DNA from: Utricularia gibba
Taxonomy: Eukaryota; Plantae; Magnoliophyta
Direction of reading: 5' to 3'
Assembly (NCBI GenBank): GCA_002189035.1
Contig: CM007990.1
Coordinates: forward strand, 1,922,001 to 1,986,000
DNA: 64,000 nt
The notes beneath the pieces are model-generated. The model was not told the origin of the DNA. It did no database searches and saw only the letters and a program-made list of their open reading frames with translations. Below, one piece after another: positions 1 through 12,818 of this stretch. Made by a program: the position numbers and the translations under genes. Within the stretch, counting starts at the first letter, position 1, and the number at the start of each line of letters is the position of its first letter.

Positions 1-14
1 ATCTTTCACTGCAG

Positions 15-2793
15 ATTAAGTGGTGTCCTGCTCCTGGTTGTGACTCTGCTGTGGAATATTTTTTTGGTAGCGGGAACTATGATGTAACCTGCAGGTGTTC
101 TTATAGCTTCTGTTGGAATGTAAGGAGCATTTTCTTGAGTCATTGTATTCTCATTTGCGAGTTTCCATGTCTGAGTCATTATGAGCTGGCGGAAATTAGT
201 GCACAGAAGAGGCTCACCGTCCTGTTGACTGCGAAACTGTGGAAAAATGGATCCTAAAAAATAGTGCAGAGTCTGAAAACATGAATTGGTATTCTTTCAT
301 CATTATGTCTGTACTTAATCATACGCAAAGGTTACCTTTAATTTATGGTCATTTGTCTATTTAGGATACTGGCTAATTCAAAGCCTTGCCCCAAGTGCAA
401 GCGTCCAATTGAAAAGAACCAAGGCTGTATGCACATGACTTGCACACCACCTTGTAAATTTGAATTTTGCTGGTATTTTTTTTTTTGTTTTCTTATTCTG
501 TTTTTGGTCCTTACACAGCAACTGCCTTGTTTCCTATGGAGAGGGATGTATTGACATATAAGATTTTGTAGGCTGTGTCTTGGTGCGTGGACAGACCATG
601 GAGAAAGAACAGGAGGTTTCTATGCATGTAACCGTTATGAAGCTGCAAAGCAAGAGGGAGTGGTGTGTAACTAAGGAGATTCTCTTTTTTACTTTAACTT
701 TCCATTGTCCTTTGACACTTTCTCCCTTTTTTTTTTCTACCCGGATTGTGCCCTCAGTATGATGAAACTGAAAGGAGAAGGGAGATGGCTAAAAACTCCT
801 TGGAAAGATATACTCATTATTATGAGAGGTGGGCCTCCAACCAAACGGTATGTTGTTATTGATGCCTAATATACCTCACGTTTTATGCAGTTTCCCATTT
901 CATTCCTCTTCACTAACTGTTGGAACTTCCAATTACACGTTAGTTTTAAAAACAATAATGAAACTTGAAGCCAATGATTGTGAAAATGGTTTTTTGTGCT
1001 TTCCATACCTGTTTTGGCAGAGTTGAACTAATGCTAAGCATACTTTATCTTGCCAATGAAGTTATTTATTTCCTTACAAATCTATGAAACCTGCAGTCAA
1101 GGCAGAAGGCTATTGCAGATCTGCATGAAATGCAAAATGTGCACGTAAGACTGTCATTTCATCTCTGTGCTTTATGGCTTGTCGTTATATCATGTTAGCA
1201 TGATCAAATTAGATGGTGTTGGTGAATTTAGTTCGTGGCATCTTAGCAATTTCTGCTTCATTTGATTCAACTAATAGTCCAAAAGTAATTTTATGTTTAT
1301 TGCCTTTTGATTGGTTTAACTTTGATTTATAGTTTACTTTATCCAACTCAAAGAATCTCTTCCCACCTTAACAGCCAGCCGTGGCTATGAAAGTATTTTT
1401 TACAACTCATGGATAAGTCTTTTGCATATTTCCAAACCACATGTTGCTGAAGAACAGGAGTTTTTTTTATCAGCATCCTCCTTTCTTAAAGGATGCAAAA
1501 GCATTATTTGTGGAACAAAACCCAAGGTTGATGAACTGAGAAGTAATTTTTATTAAATTCCCTCGCATGCAGCTTGAGAAGCTTAGTGAAAAGCAATGCC
1601 AGCCTGTCTCTCAGCTAAAATTTGTAGTTGAAGCATGGCAGCAGGTAATTTGAAGACTTGATATTTGAATTTTATATTAGTTGTGTATCTAATCAAATGC
1701 ATGTGAAAATTCTTGTCTTGTCAGTGTACATAAGGTCTTTTTGCCTTTCTGTAAAAATTATGTCCATTGGCTTGCGGGAAAAACATCTCTAGTCAAGCCG
1801 CCATTCTGATAGTAAATAAATATGATTTTTTTCATCAACGGTTAGAGGAAAAGGTGAAAATAAATTTGGTTTTTGATGGTGGCTTAGTGGCATATCACAA
1901 GGACCAGACTTTGGATGTAGAATGTGCTTTCTAACTGGTATTTCAAACTCCATTTTGGCACGGCCTAAGCTTTATGACCATGCATTTTCAACTGCTTGTA
2001 TTCTACTACTTTTCAGAGCTCGAACTGCAGAATGACCAACAAAACAACCGTTGGGAATATGTGGTTCACTAAGTAGAAACATTCTACTCATGTTTCGAAT
2101 TAGGGTACTCTTGATGATTTTCCTTTCTTTTTTTTTTTTGGTAGATAGTTGAATGTCGGAGAGTACTGAAATGGACATACGCATATGGCTACTATTTACC
2201 GGAGCATGAGCAGACCAGAAAACAGTTTTTTGAGTATTTGCAAGGTTGGCAAGTTATTTGAGATCATATTGCTGTTTCAGCAAGAAGTTCATTTTATATA
2301 ATGATGTCCAGGCGAAGCGGAAGCTGGTCTAGAGAGGCTTCATCAGTGTGCTGAGAAGGAACTTATGATCCACCTCCACGCGGAAAGCCCATCAAAGGAT
2401 TTCGATGATTTCCGTGCAAAACTTGCTGGTCTTACAAGGTGACCTTTTTTTCTTGAAAAGATCCAGTATTGGCTGCATGTGCCTGAGAGACCTTAATTAT
2501 TGCTATGCCATACCAGTGTAACATGCAACTACTTTGAGAACTTGGTTAGAGCACTGGAGAATGGTCTCTCCGACATTGATCCGCAGGCTGCATCATCGAA
2601 CAAGCCGAACCCGAAAAGCCTAGCGGGCAACAATAGCAAGAGTAAAAGTGGAAAGGGAAAGGGATCTTCCAGTTTAAGCACCCGATTCAGGAACACAGAT
2701 GATTCTGCTGGAAGTTGGGCATGTGACAAGTGCACTTATGTGAATGCCCGGGCGGCAACGATGTGCCATATGTGCCATCGTAGTCGTCAGTAA
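15..2793 (+). CDS. ARI8: ARIADNE-family RBR E3 ubiquitin ligase (ARI8-like), 5' end outside window; exons 15-119, 200-288, 365-472, 572-662, 758-847, 1097-1144, 1573-1644, 2145-2244, 2312-2438, 2517-2793
   Basis: GT-AG bounded exons join in frame: IBR (KWCPAPGC...[15 protein letters not shown]), RING2 ([37 protein letters not shown]), Ariadne domain ([37 protein letters not shown]) and a C-terminal RanBP2-type finger [17 protein letters not shown]. The assignment to ARI8 rather than ARI5/7 rests on that finger. Confidence 0.93.
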
Positions 2794-5742
2794 GGCATCG
2801 TCACAGACAGACACTGACTCTCTGATGTGATGAGATCCATCCTGCTGAGAATGGTTCTGGTTTCCATCACAACGCATGTAAAAAAATTGGATGGCACGTA
2901 CTCAAAAGTCAAAACCCAACTCCGTAGCAGGAATAAATTCATTACAAATAGGCAGAGGAAAGCGGGGCATTCTCATACTCAGTGTTATTTTGTTTTAAGT
3001 GTGCATTGTGCATCTCGACGCCTCTACCTACAACAGAGGGGTATCGACCAACTTTTTTTTCATCTTCATAGAGTTGAAAATGCGACCCAATATCCGTAGA
3101 TCGTGCTCAGGGCAGTAGTGATCCTGAGAAAACCTTGGCATTCAGGGCTTGAACTGTGGAATGATGAAACAGGAACCTTTTGGAACCGACTGCAAGAAAG
3201 TGAAGACGCACTAATTAGAACCTATGGTTCTTTTTTATTTACACACATGAAATAGCTACATTAGCAGCATCGATTACCTTCGGCATCTCACATCAGGAGG
3301 GCTTCTGGTTCTGTTTTGAGAATGGCCATTAATAGGGCTGTGAGCGTGGCGATTACCCCGGACTTGGTGACCTTTGTAAAGGGCTCTATCCACGTCTGCC
3401 ATGATTCCACCGCCCTCATCGTTGTCATCCTTCAAAGCATACTCAACAACACACAAGCCAATCGAGTATCCTGCTGTCAAGTTCAAAAGACATTTCCAAT
3501 CCAAGGGATCAGTCGCAGCACATATACACAAATGAAAATAGGAAAAATCAAACACAAATGATAGGTAAGTATATAATGGGATTAGAGTCGATCACGAAAG
3601 CGTAATTTAGTTAATACATTATGTTTTCTCATTCAACAAAAAATTCAAATCTATCTAAATTTTTCTTTATCTTAACTTTTGATCTATTTCTAATTAATCT
3701 AATTATGATAAATATATTACTCTTTCCATATTTTAGGATATACTCAATTATATATAGACTTTTCAGAATGTGACAACGTCAAGATGTGTTGCAATAATTT
3801 AGTAGGTGAGATTAGATCAAGATTGACATAATCCCAATCTTGAGCGAAATATGAATTCCATGCTATCATTTCCAAAAATAACGAAATTCATAGTAAAATC
3901 CTAATTTTTGTAACAAAACACATATATTTCCTTGACTAAAACAAATAATGATTATGTGTTATCACATTATGTTACAATAATGCTAAAATTTTATCATGTC
4001 AAAATTAAAACTAACAAAAGCAAAAGAATTTAGGAATTTCTCAAACATTGATCTGAATGTTTAACATTTTTGCTTCAAATGCAAGAATCAATAAAGTACT
4101 AATATGCTAATCATGTCATCTCTCAGACATTCATAATAGTTTCATCTTAAGAAGTACTTTCAAAAATTAAACTCACAAACTTAACATATCTTGAAAACCC
4201 GAGAGGTCTTGATTGTCATTTCATTCTTGCTTCTCTTTCTTTTTTCCATGCAATTTTCTCTTTTCACAAAGATTGAGATAGAGTGGGAGTCTTACAATCA
4301 ATATAAGTATTGTGTTGTTCCTCCTCCTTAAGTTGGTCAAGAATTCTTATTTCTTCATTCTTGGGATTTTTCTCCTACTTCTCTCAGTTGATTCATTTAC
4401 CTCACCTTTCTCATTGCTCTATCATTTTTACATGTTTTTTTATTGTATGCTGCATTTCTTTTAATGTTGCTTTTCTTGACTTTTATTTTATTCTCATATA
4501 TATTCCATTTTACTCTGATAATTAATAACCCTCAAAAAGACAAAATACACTAGTTACATAAAAAAATCTCAAATGGAAAAATCAAACTACATTGCTTATA
4601 TTGCTCACCCATGAAAATAATCAGGTCAAAATTATGCTCACAGTATACAAAAAGGTTATTACAAAATTCATGCATTATTCACTCATGAAAAACATTATAC
4701 ATATGTATTGAAATTCTTTGAACACCTTTGCAGTTCTGGTCATAACATCAAATGACCACATTATTCCTAACTAAGACTAATAGCATTGACTACCTAAACT
4801 AACATTCCATGAACTAAGTAAACATAAATAAATAGAATTAGTCTTTCATTCTCTATTTCAATTCTTCAACTTCTTGAATCAAGTCTCCAAACTTATTGTA
4901 CACCATGTCAATCCTCTCATTGTAGCATAACATATTCTCATTTCTTTATTTTAAGGGGACTAGTTTAGAAGACCCTCCATTCTTCCTCTTTGGAGGTGCA
5001 TTGCTGAAAATTCCTAAGAGGGACTTAAAAATAAATACATTTCCCATGCTTAAATTAGTTCAGCAATTTTCAAAAAATAATCATATAACAGAACTATATT
5101 TATTGAAAAAGCTCAAGCTATTAAATCTGATCAACTGACAATGTTTGAGTATGGAAATTCTTCAAATTACCGAACCTAACGTGATTGATGGTACTTTATC
5201 TATAGTCTTTGTTCATTTGCTTTGCTAAAATGATTCTAAAGTTCAAAGTCTTTTTATCAAATAGTGAGAACTATTTGCCATTAAGTTTAACAATAAAGAT
5301 TTTTTACACAATTTTCACCTCAAACAACCACATAAAAATCATAACCATAAGAATAGGTTAATGAAGATGAGCAAGCAAAATGAAAATTAAGATGAGGCAT
5401 AATTAGTCTCCAAAGTTTACCATTCTAGGTAAAATCAATCCCCAAAGGTTTATATTCTTAGCATTTTTTGTGCTCAACACTTGAACAATAGTCGTAATTA
5501 GTTCCCTTTGATTGAAACTAACACATGATTAGTTTTCACAGTTTTTCAAATTTGATGTAGTTAGTATCCAAATCAAATTCATATCACAAATCTGTACTAT
5601 TTTCTATTAGTCCCTAATAGAAAACCCCATTTTTCCACAAATCCTATATTCTTCTTCGATTGAGGTGCACTCCTCATGTGTCACCATCCTCCCATTACTA
5701 TACCTCACCATCCATTGCCATTGTTGTACCCCACTCGTCGCC

Positions 5743-6487
5743 AAGATAAATTGATTTATTAGTCTTCTTCCAAAATTTTTTTTGCTATATATCCCTATTC
5801 TAACAAACCTTTATAAAATAATTTTACTTTATTTATTTTTTTGCTTAATATTCCTATGTTATATATATATATATAATATTTAGATTATTTAATATATAAA
5901 ACATTTTGGTTTTATATTATAAACTATTATAATATATATAATATTTCAATTTTGTACTATTAACTTTATGAAAAATTATAATTAATGAAAATTAAAATTT
6001 TCAATATTTTAATTAATTGTTTTTAGACTTTGTATATATTTTGAATTAATTTTAATTTTACAAAATATATAATTTATAACTAATTGGAATTGAACCATTA
6101 ACCTATAGCTTTATCAAAGATAAAAAAAATAGTAATTGAACCATTTGTTACATATGTAGCTTAATTGATATATTTTTTTTTTATCTTTGTTAAACCAATA
6201 GATCAAGGATTAGATTTCAATTTTTAAAAATTAAAATTCATTTTTAAAAAATATAAGAATTAAAAATGATTGATTAAAATATTATTTTTTTTAATTTTCA
6301 TTAATTACAATTTTTCATAAAACTAATAGTATAAAATCGAAGTATTATATATATATATATATATATATTAATTGTATAGATGTTTAATAAAAAATAAATA
6401 AATTAGAATTATTATAAAAATATTTGTAAAATAAAATTATATAATAAATAAGTTTTTGGAAGATGACTAATTATCCAATTTACCCTT
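5743..6487. mobile_element. Non-autonomous foldback / Mutator-like MITE with long imperfect terminal inverted repeats
   Basis: Arm ~5743-5998 (aagataaattgatttattagtcttcttccaaaa...ctttatgaaaaattataattaatgaaaattaaaa) is the imperfect reverse complement of ~6287-6487 (ttttaattttcattaattacaatttttcataaaa...ttttggaagatgactaattatccaatttaccctt). No TSD was resolved. Confidence 0.6.
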
Positions 6488-9400
6488 GTATAATTCCCTT
6501 TATTGTGACACCTTTGAAACCTATCATTTATATGATCCTCGTGAATCCTATGACTCATACACAATTCCCATAGCCTGCATCCCTCCTAATAGCCCAAGGC
6601 ATTCTTGTACGTCTGTCAGACAACTCAACCATTATTATAACTGACAACAAAATCTGTATGTGCAAAATAGATTACATTATAGTTTGGCCACCTAGACAAC
6701 CCAACACAAATCAAGCCTACAACAAAATGTACCCTACTTAGTATTTCAATCCAATCCAATCTAATTCATCCTATGCTATGCTGTCATCAATTCAATTCAA
6801 TTTTAGTTCAATATGATCAAAAAACATATTTATACTTTCAATGTTATGTCATATATGTATATACTTATACCGTGGTATATGATAGAGACATCATATGACA
6901 TGGGGACTAAATCCTTGCGAATTGAATATGTTTACAATAAAACATCATATGTGACTAAATATTTAATAGGAATAGAATCTTTTGCCTAAAAAATCTAATA
7001 CTAAAACAACAATTATGTATTTCAAACACATAATATGTTATCATTCAAATCAAATCATCTCGGGATGGAAATTAAATAAATCATAAGACCACATACCACA
7101 CCTCGTGCAATTCGACATAAATACACAGTCACCACAAAACAAGATTAATTTACTTTTACATAAAAACATTAACACAATGAAATAAGATTAATTTCTTTTT
7201 ATATTATCAATATTGAACTTACTCTCCGAAATTTCTATGAAATACAAATATCATCACAATTAAATATTTAGATATACTTTACAATTTTGTTTTATAAAAT
7301 AAATAAAGTTTTAAAAAGTTTATAAAATGCATAATATTTTAATTTTAATTTAACAGAAAGATGAGATTTGATTTATATGTGTAAATTTTTTAAAGAAGAA
7401 TATATTTAATTATTTAATTTTTAATAAATAAATAATAATTTAATAACTATATATTATTTTAATAATATTTTAAAATGATCATATAAATATAATATATTTA
7501 AACTATTAAATATATATTCAAAAATGTATTTTGATTTTTTTTCGTTATGATATGTGTTTATTAGTTTGTTTTTAATCAATTTTTATATTTAATGGTGTTG
7601 TCATAATCTATTTTTTTCTTTTTCTGCAAATGATGTATGAAAAATGAGAATAATGTGTCAGAACAATAATACTTATCACGTAAACAGTTAACTATTTATG
7701 CATAGGTGTTAATTAGCACTATACAACAAATTCACATAAAATTGATGACAAACTTACAAATTATTCACTTTTATATAAAAATAGAATAATACTATTTAAT
7801 TAATATGATTTATAAATCATTTACTATCTGAGCATAAATACATAGACGTTGTGTTTGAAGTTTCATAATACCAGTCTGATTTCTTGAGTCATATGTTGCG
7901 CAAGTAAGATTTAGTATAAATCTTAATGTTTGATCATACATTTCATAGATCTTATCATCAAAAAACATTTCGTTTACATGTCTTTGTGTGATGACATCCT
8001 TTATCGCTCGTAATACTCATGTGTTTCTCAATTGTTATATTAAAAAATTATGCAATATGTCAATTGTATATTCAATAAATAATAAATTAATTAGTTTCTT
8101 ATTTTCACAAACGTAGTTGGAGGTCGTCTTTGAATTGTTTGTAAAAATATTATTTATAGATTCAACGTAGTTTACGATTATGATTGAACACAAACAAGTC
8201 TATGTCATACTCGGAATTACTTGATTTGAAAAAAATGCAACTATATATTTGAAATATTCATTTAATTGGTATTTACGGTATTCAAATCATAGAATTTAGT
8301 AATTAAATTAAGTTCAAGAACACTTAAATTTCATGCTAATTCATTTGTAATATATTTAACAAATTTTTCATATATCGTAGTACATTTCAATTTTATTATT
8401 TTTATTAGATCTCAATCATAAATTACATAATCCAATTTGATATAAATGATATTTCATTTCATTAAATATCTCAAGTATTGTTTTTGCTATTGATATAATG
8501 AACAAGAAGAAACTCAAAAAATCAGAATGTTTTGTTGAATTTTTATGAAATTTTAGAATTATATATAGATAAAGTTTATATATATGATTATTATAAGATT
8601 CAATATCAACTATTTCTTTATGAGTTAATTTGGAAAATACCTACTGTAATTTTAGTGTTTGAGAAAATTACTCAACTTATGTTAAATGTTAGAGAAAGAA
8701 AGATACAATTGGTACTTTAATAAAGATTCATTTTTTTATATTTTTCATTATCAACAATTTTATATCTTTAAATATCAACCACTTCTTTTATATTATAAAA
8801 TTATTTTAAAAATTTCAAAATTAAACATATCATTTTATATATTTCAAATGTATAAAAAAACTTATTAATTTTATTAAATTAATTAAATATTGAAAAATGG
8901 ATAATTATAATTCTTTCATAATATTTTTTATTATCATACAAATGTATGAAATTTAATAATTAAGTAAACATAATTTAATAATTTTATCACATTATCTATT
9001 ATTAAATACATATTAAGAAATTATTTTATTTTTAAAAATAGAAAATATATATACACACTATAAAATATCTTTATAATTTATACACATAGTATCTTGTATG
9101 ATTTTTGAAAAATTTTGGAAGAGAAACGTGATTGTTGTGATCATTCAACTTTTTAAGATTAGATGATTGTTCCTCTTTATAAATAGAGGAAACTCTTTCT
9201 CATTTTGTATCAAGTTTTTCGTCAATCTCACTATCCAATTGAGCGAGTTCTATTAAGTAAAAACTTTAGAATAGTAAAAGAAAAAATATAATATTCTTTT
9301 CTATTTATATCTTTTGTTCGATAGAATTTTTTTTAAAAAATGAATGTAGTAAAATCCAATAAATTACTATGATAGATATCTTTGTATTCATTATAGTAAA

Positions 9401-12001
9401 TAATGAATTTTTTTTGAAATCGTGTTGATGTAACTCTTATTTTGGAGTGATTTACATAAAATTTTGATATCTATTTTTTAATTTTAAGGTCATATTATTG
9501 TTTATTATTGATTACGTACAATATAACTCTATGAAAATATATATTATAATACTAAAAGAAGTTTAGTTTCTTGATCTAACTCAAAATATGTGTCTGCTCT
9601 TTTTCTAAAATGCTTATATTAACATTCATTATTTGTATTCGGAATTGTAGTAAAACATATATTTCTTTCATTCTTATCACATGAATATTGTCAATACAAA
9701 TGAAACAATGATAATCATGTTAGAAATCGTCTTTGTTACCTACAATATGTGCATCCAAAATTAACATTACTTGAATACACTAAATATAATACAAATTTTT
9801 GAATGCATACTTTGAGACAAATGCATATATATCTAAAGTGGTTGTTGGCATTCATAACAATATCAATAGTAATTCTTAAATTAAGATATGTATATTCGTA
9901 CACAAATCTTCTAATATTAGAGAAATTAACAATTACAATATATTCAATAGATCGACATACTTTTTCTTACTCATATCATACTTTGTATATTAAGATCTTT
10001 ATTCTCTATTATTCTTTGATGTGACCTTTATACTTTGTAATCTTTTTTTTACCAATAACAAATATATCTTCTTGTTTATGCATCTTTTATATTTGTTTGT
10101 CAATAATGTGATATTAAAAAGTATATTATTTATTTTTCCTGAATATCCAATGATTGTGGTACACTTTTCTTTGTGATCCACAAATCATCATTATTTTTAT
10201 TTAATACGTTTATAATAATTCATATAGTATATCATTACTTTTAGCGTATTTCATACATAAGTGACATTTATCATTTTTAATGAATTCGAAGCGAAATCCA
10301 TTATTGATCACATACTCGATCATTGACTTTTAACTTGTATATTATTAACAAATTGAATATCTTTTCTATAAAAGTAATAAATTTTTAATAGATAATTAAT
10401 ATAATGAATGTATAAATTTAATAAATTTATATTAATTCATATTTTGTATAACATAATTTATTATTTAAAAATCTAATTCATATAGTATCATTATTCAAAC
10501 AAATAATGAAACTATTTTTCATTTGTCCATGACATATTTTAGAAGAAGGGATAATAAAATTCTATACTTCATCATTGCTCATGTAATATTATCACAAAGT
10601 CTATAGATGAATACTAACAAATCCTTCAATATTCATGGAATTACTATGCAATCTAATTCCCAACTTAATAATATAGTCCCTATTATCATCCATTTTCAAT
10701 GATATCAAAAGAGAAACAATATTCTATCACTTGTGTAGGGTGTTTATTTAAGTATAACGAGTGTAAATTGATGAACAAATATATAGTGGAGTGTCGAGTG
10801 TAGTGGTAAGATATGGTACTCTAATGTTATATATGTTATCAAGAGTATTATAATATGTATTTGTAGATTGTGGTATAAGATATGCTTCAGTATACTATAT
10901 GTGATTATAAACATATATATATATGCTAAATTATATTTCATATTATTATTATAAAATAAAGTACAAACATAATAACTTCAATCATAAAAACTTAAATGTA
11001 ACATTATTTGTCATTTATAGATATAAAGAACATTAAATATTATTATTAAGTTTTCATTAACTCAAACATTGAGTATAAAAAAACAGAAAAATGCATTGAT
11101 TTGAAATGTCATTTACATAAAATTACAAGAACAAAACAAGTATTGAAAAATTAAAAAAATTAATAATTGATAGTATGCAATATTTACCCAAGAGTCATAG
11201 ATGATACTAAACTCTAAAAATAAATAATCATTACCTTGCAAATTGAGATAAACAATGGCAGGGCAGCTTTTAACAAAAAAAACCCTAAAAACCGGTAATG
11301 GCTTGACCGGTTAACCGGTGAGACAAGAAAAACCGGTTAACCGGTTTTACTCGCCGATTAACCCGCCGAGTCTCAATCACAGCATCATGCAATATAGAAA
11401 ATTGGAAAAGAATGATTTTTGATATTTTAATAAATAATAGTAATTTTTCATATTTTATAATACAAAACAAAACCTTCTAATCAAATATAAATAACACAAT
11501 CCTACACCTACCAACCAAATTAATTTTTCATTTTACATCTAAGTAACAGGCCTCTTAATAATGCAAATATAGCTAAACCCAATCCATGCAATCAATGATA
11601 AAGAATATTGCTATTTATCCTTTAAAAAATGCATTTAAATTAAATATCGTTTATTTTTTAAAAAGAGAAAAACACCTCCATGTCTTTTCACATTTGGTAT
11701 GAATTTTGCTCCAGTGATTTCTCTCTAGATTCCTCCCCAAGATCTTAACTTCCTCACTTACCTTTCTAAGTTCCGCTCAGATTGAATCCCTTTTCTTGTT
11801 AGTCGCCCTGGATTCTACCTTTTAAAACTTTTTATTGGTGATCATCAACGGGCTGAGATTCGGATTTTATTGCAAATACCGGAGGTGGGTTTATCATAAT
11901 CTCTTGGAATAGATCTCGTGTTTTATCTCTTTTTCGGCATACCAATCGTCATATGCTGCAATATTTTTAGTATCTTGGGAGTTCCAGTTGAGTTGGTGCA
12001 C

Positions 12002-12818
12002 ATGGGAAAGCCCTTGTTCTTTGAAATTTTGGAAAAGCCGGCTACAAGTTGCATAATTGGGATATGTAGTTTGATATGGTTTTATATTCAGAAGAAGAAT
12101 ATAGGGTATTCACAAGTGGGGTTGAGTTATGAAACTGCGATTGAAGGGCAGCATTGGAGGATAGTAACTTCTACCTTTTCGCATATTAGTGTGCTTCATC
12201 TTGTTTTTAACATGAGTGCACTTTGGAGCCTTGGTGTGATTGAGCAGTTGCGGAGTGTCGGGCTCGGAGTAGAATATTATCTCCATTACACTCTGCTGCT
12301 TGTTGTTTTTCCGGAGTTGTTGGTTCTTGGGATGCATCATATATTGATTCACAAGTTCAAAGTTGATTACTTTAGAAGGGTGACTGCTGTTGGTTACTCC
12401 TGTGTTGTTTTCGGGTGGATGACGATATTATCAATGAGGCAACCATCAGCCAAGTTGCAGCTTTTTGGGTTTCTTTCTCTGCCTATCAGTTTTGCGCCAT
12501 TCGAATCCCTGATCTTCACGTCCATCATCGTTCCACAGGCCAGTTTTTTTGGGTCATTTATCAGGTATCATAGTTGGCTATGCTATAGCCTGGGGTTTTA
12601 TACATGGTATGAACAACTACTGGGCTATATCAATGTCGGTTTGGATCATTATGGTGTTCATCTGCAGTTTGAAGAAGTCAGGTATCAATAGTCTTGAATT
12701 CCTTGAAATAGAATCGGTCACAGATGATTCTTTGCCATCTGTACGATTTCTGGATTCGGATAGCAATAGAAACTTGCATATGAATACAGCGCCTGTTGCC
12801 CCAGCCAATCTTGTGTAA
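12002..12818 (+). CDS. RBL13: Rhomboid-like intramembrane protease RBL13, intronless CDS, apparent +1 frameshift in a T7 run at 12544-12550 (271 aa if corrected)
   Basis: [19 protein letters not shown]...[18 protein letters not shown]...[11 protein letters not shown] (catalytic Ser). The frame then continues as (F)[16 protein letters not shown] (catalytic His) only in the next frame, ORF 12549-12818. A probable 5' UTR intron lies at ~11886-11987. Confidence 0.92.

Noticed and set aside
7800-11200. Possible very old MULE/Helitron coding traces and LTR-like TATA in an extremely AT-rich tract
   Set aside because: Only 2-4 residue resemblances; not distinguishable from chance without an HMM search.
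11286-11372. Clustered aaccggtt motifs (similar ones near 63480-63525)
   Set aside because: Suggestive of hAT-MITE subterminal repeats, but no TIR or 8-bp TSD could be identified.
11918-12001. Longer N-terminus for RBL13 suggested by the ORF track
   Set aside because: It starts at GTG inside a probable 5' UTR intron; family homology begins at the ATG at 12002.
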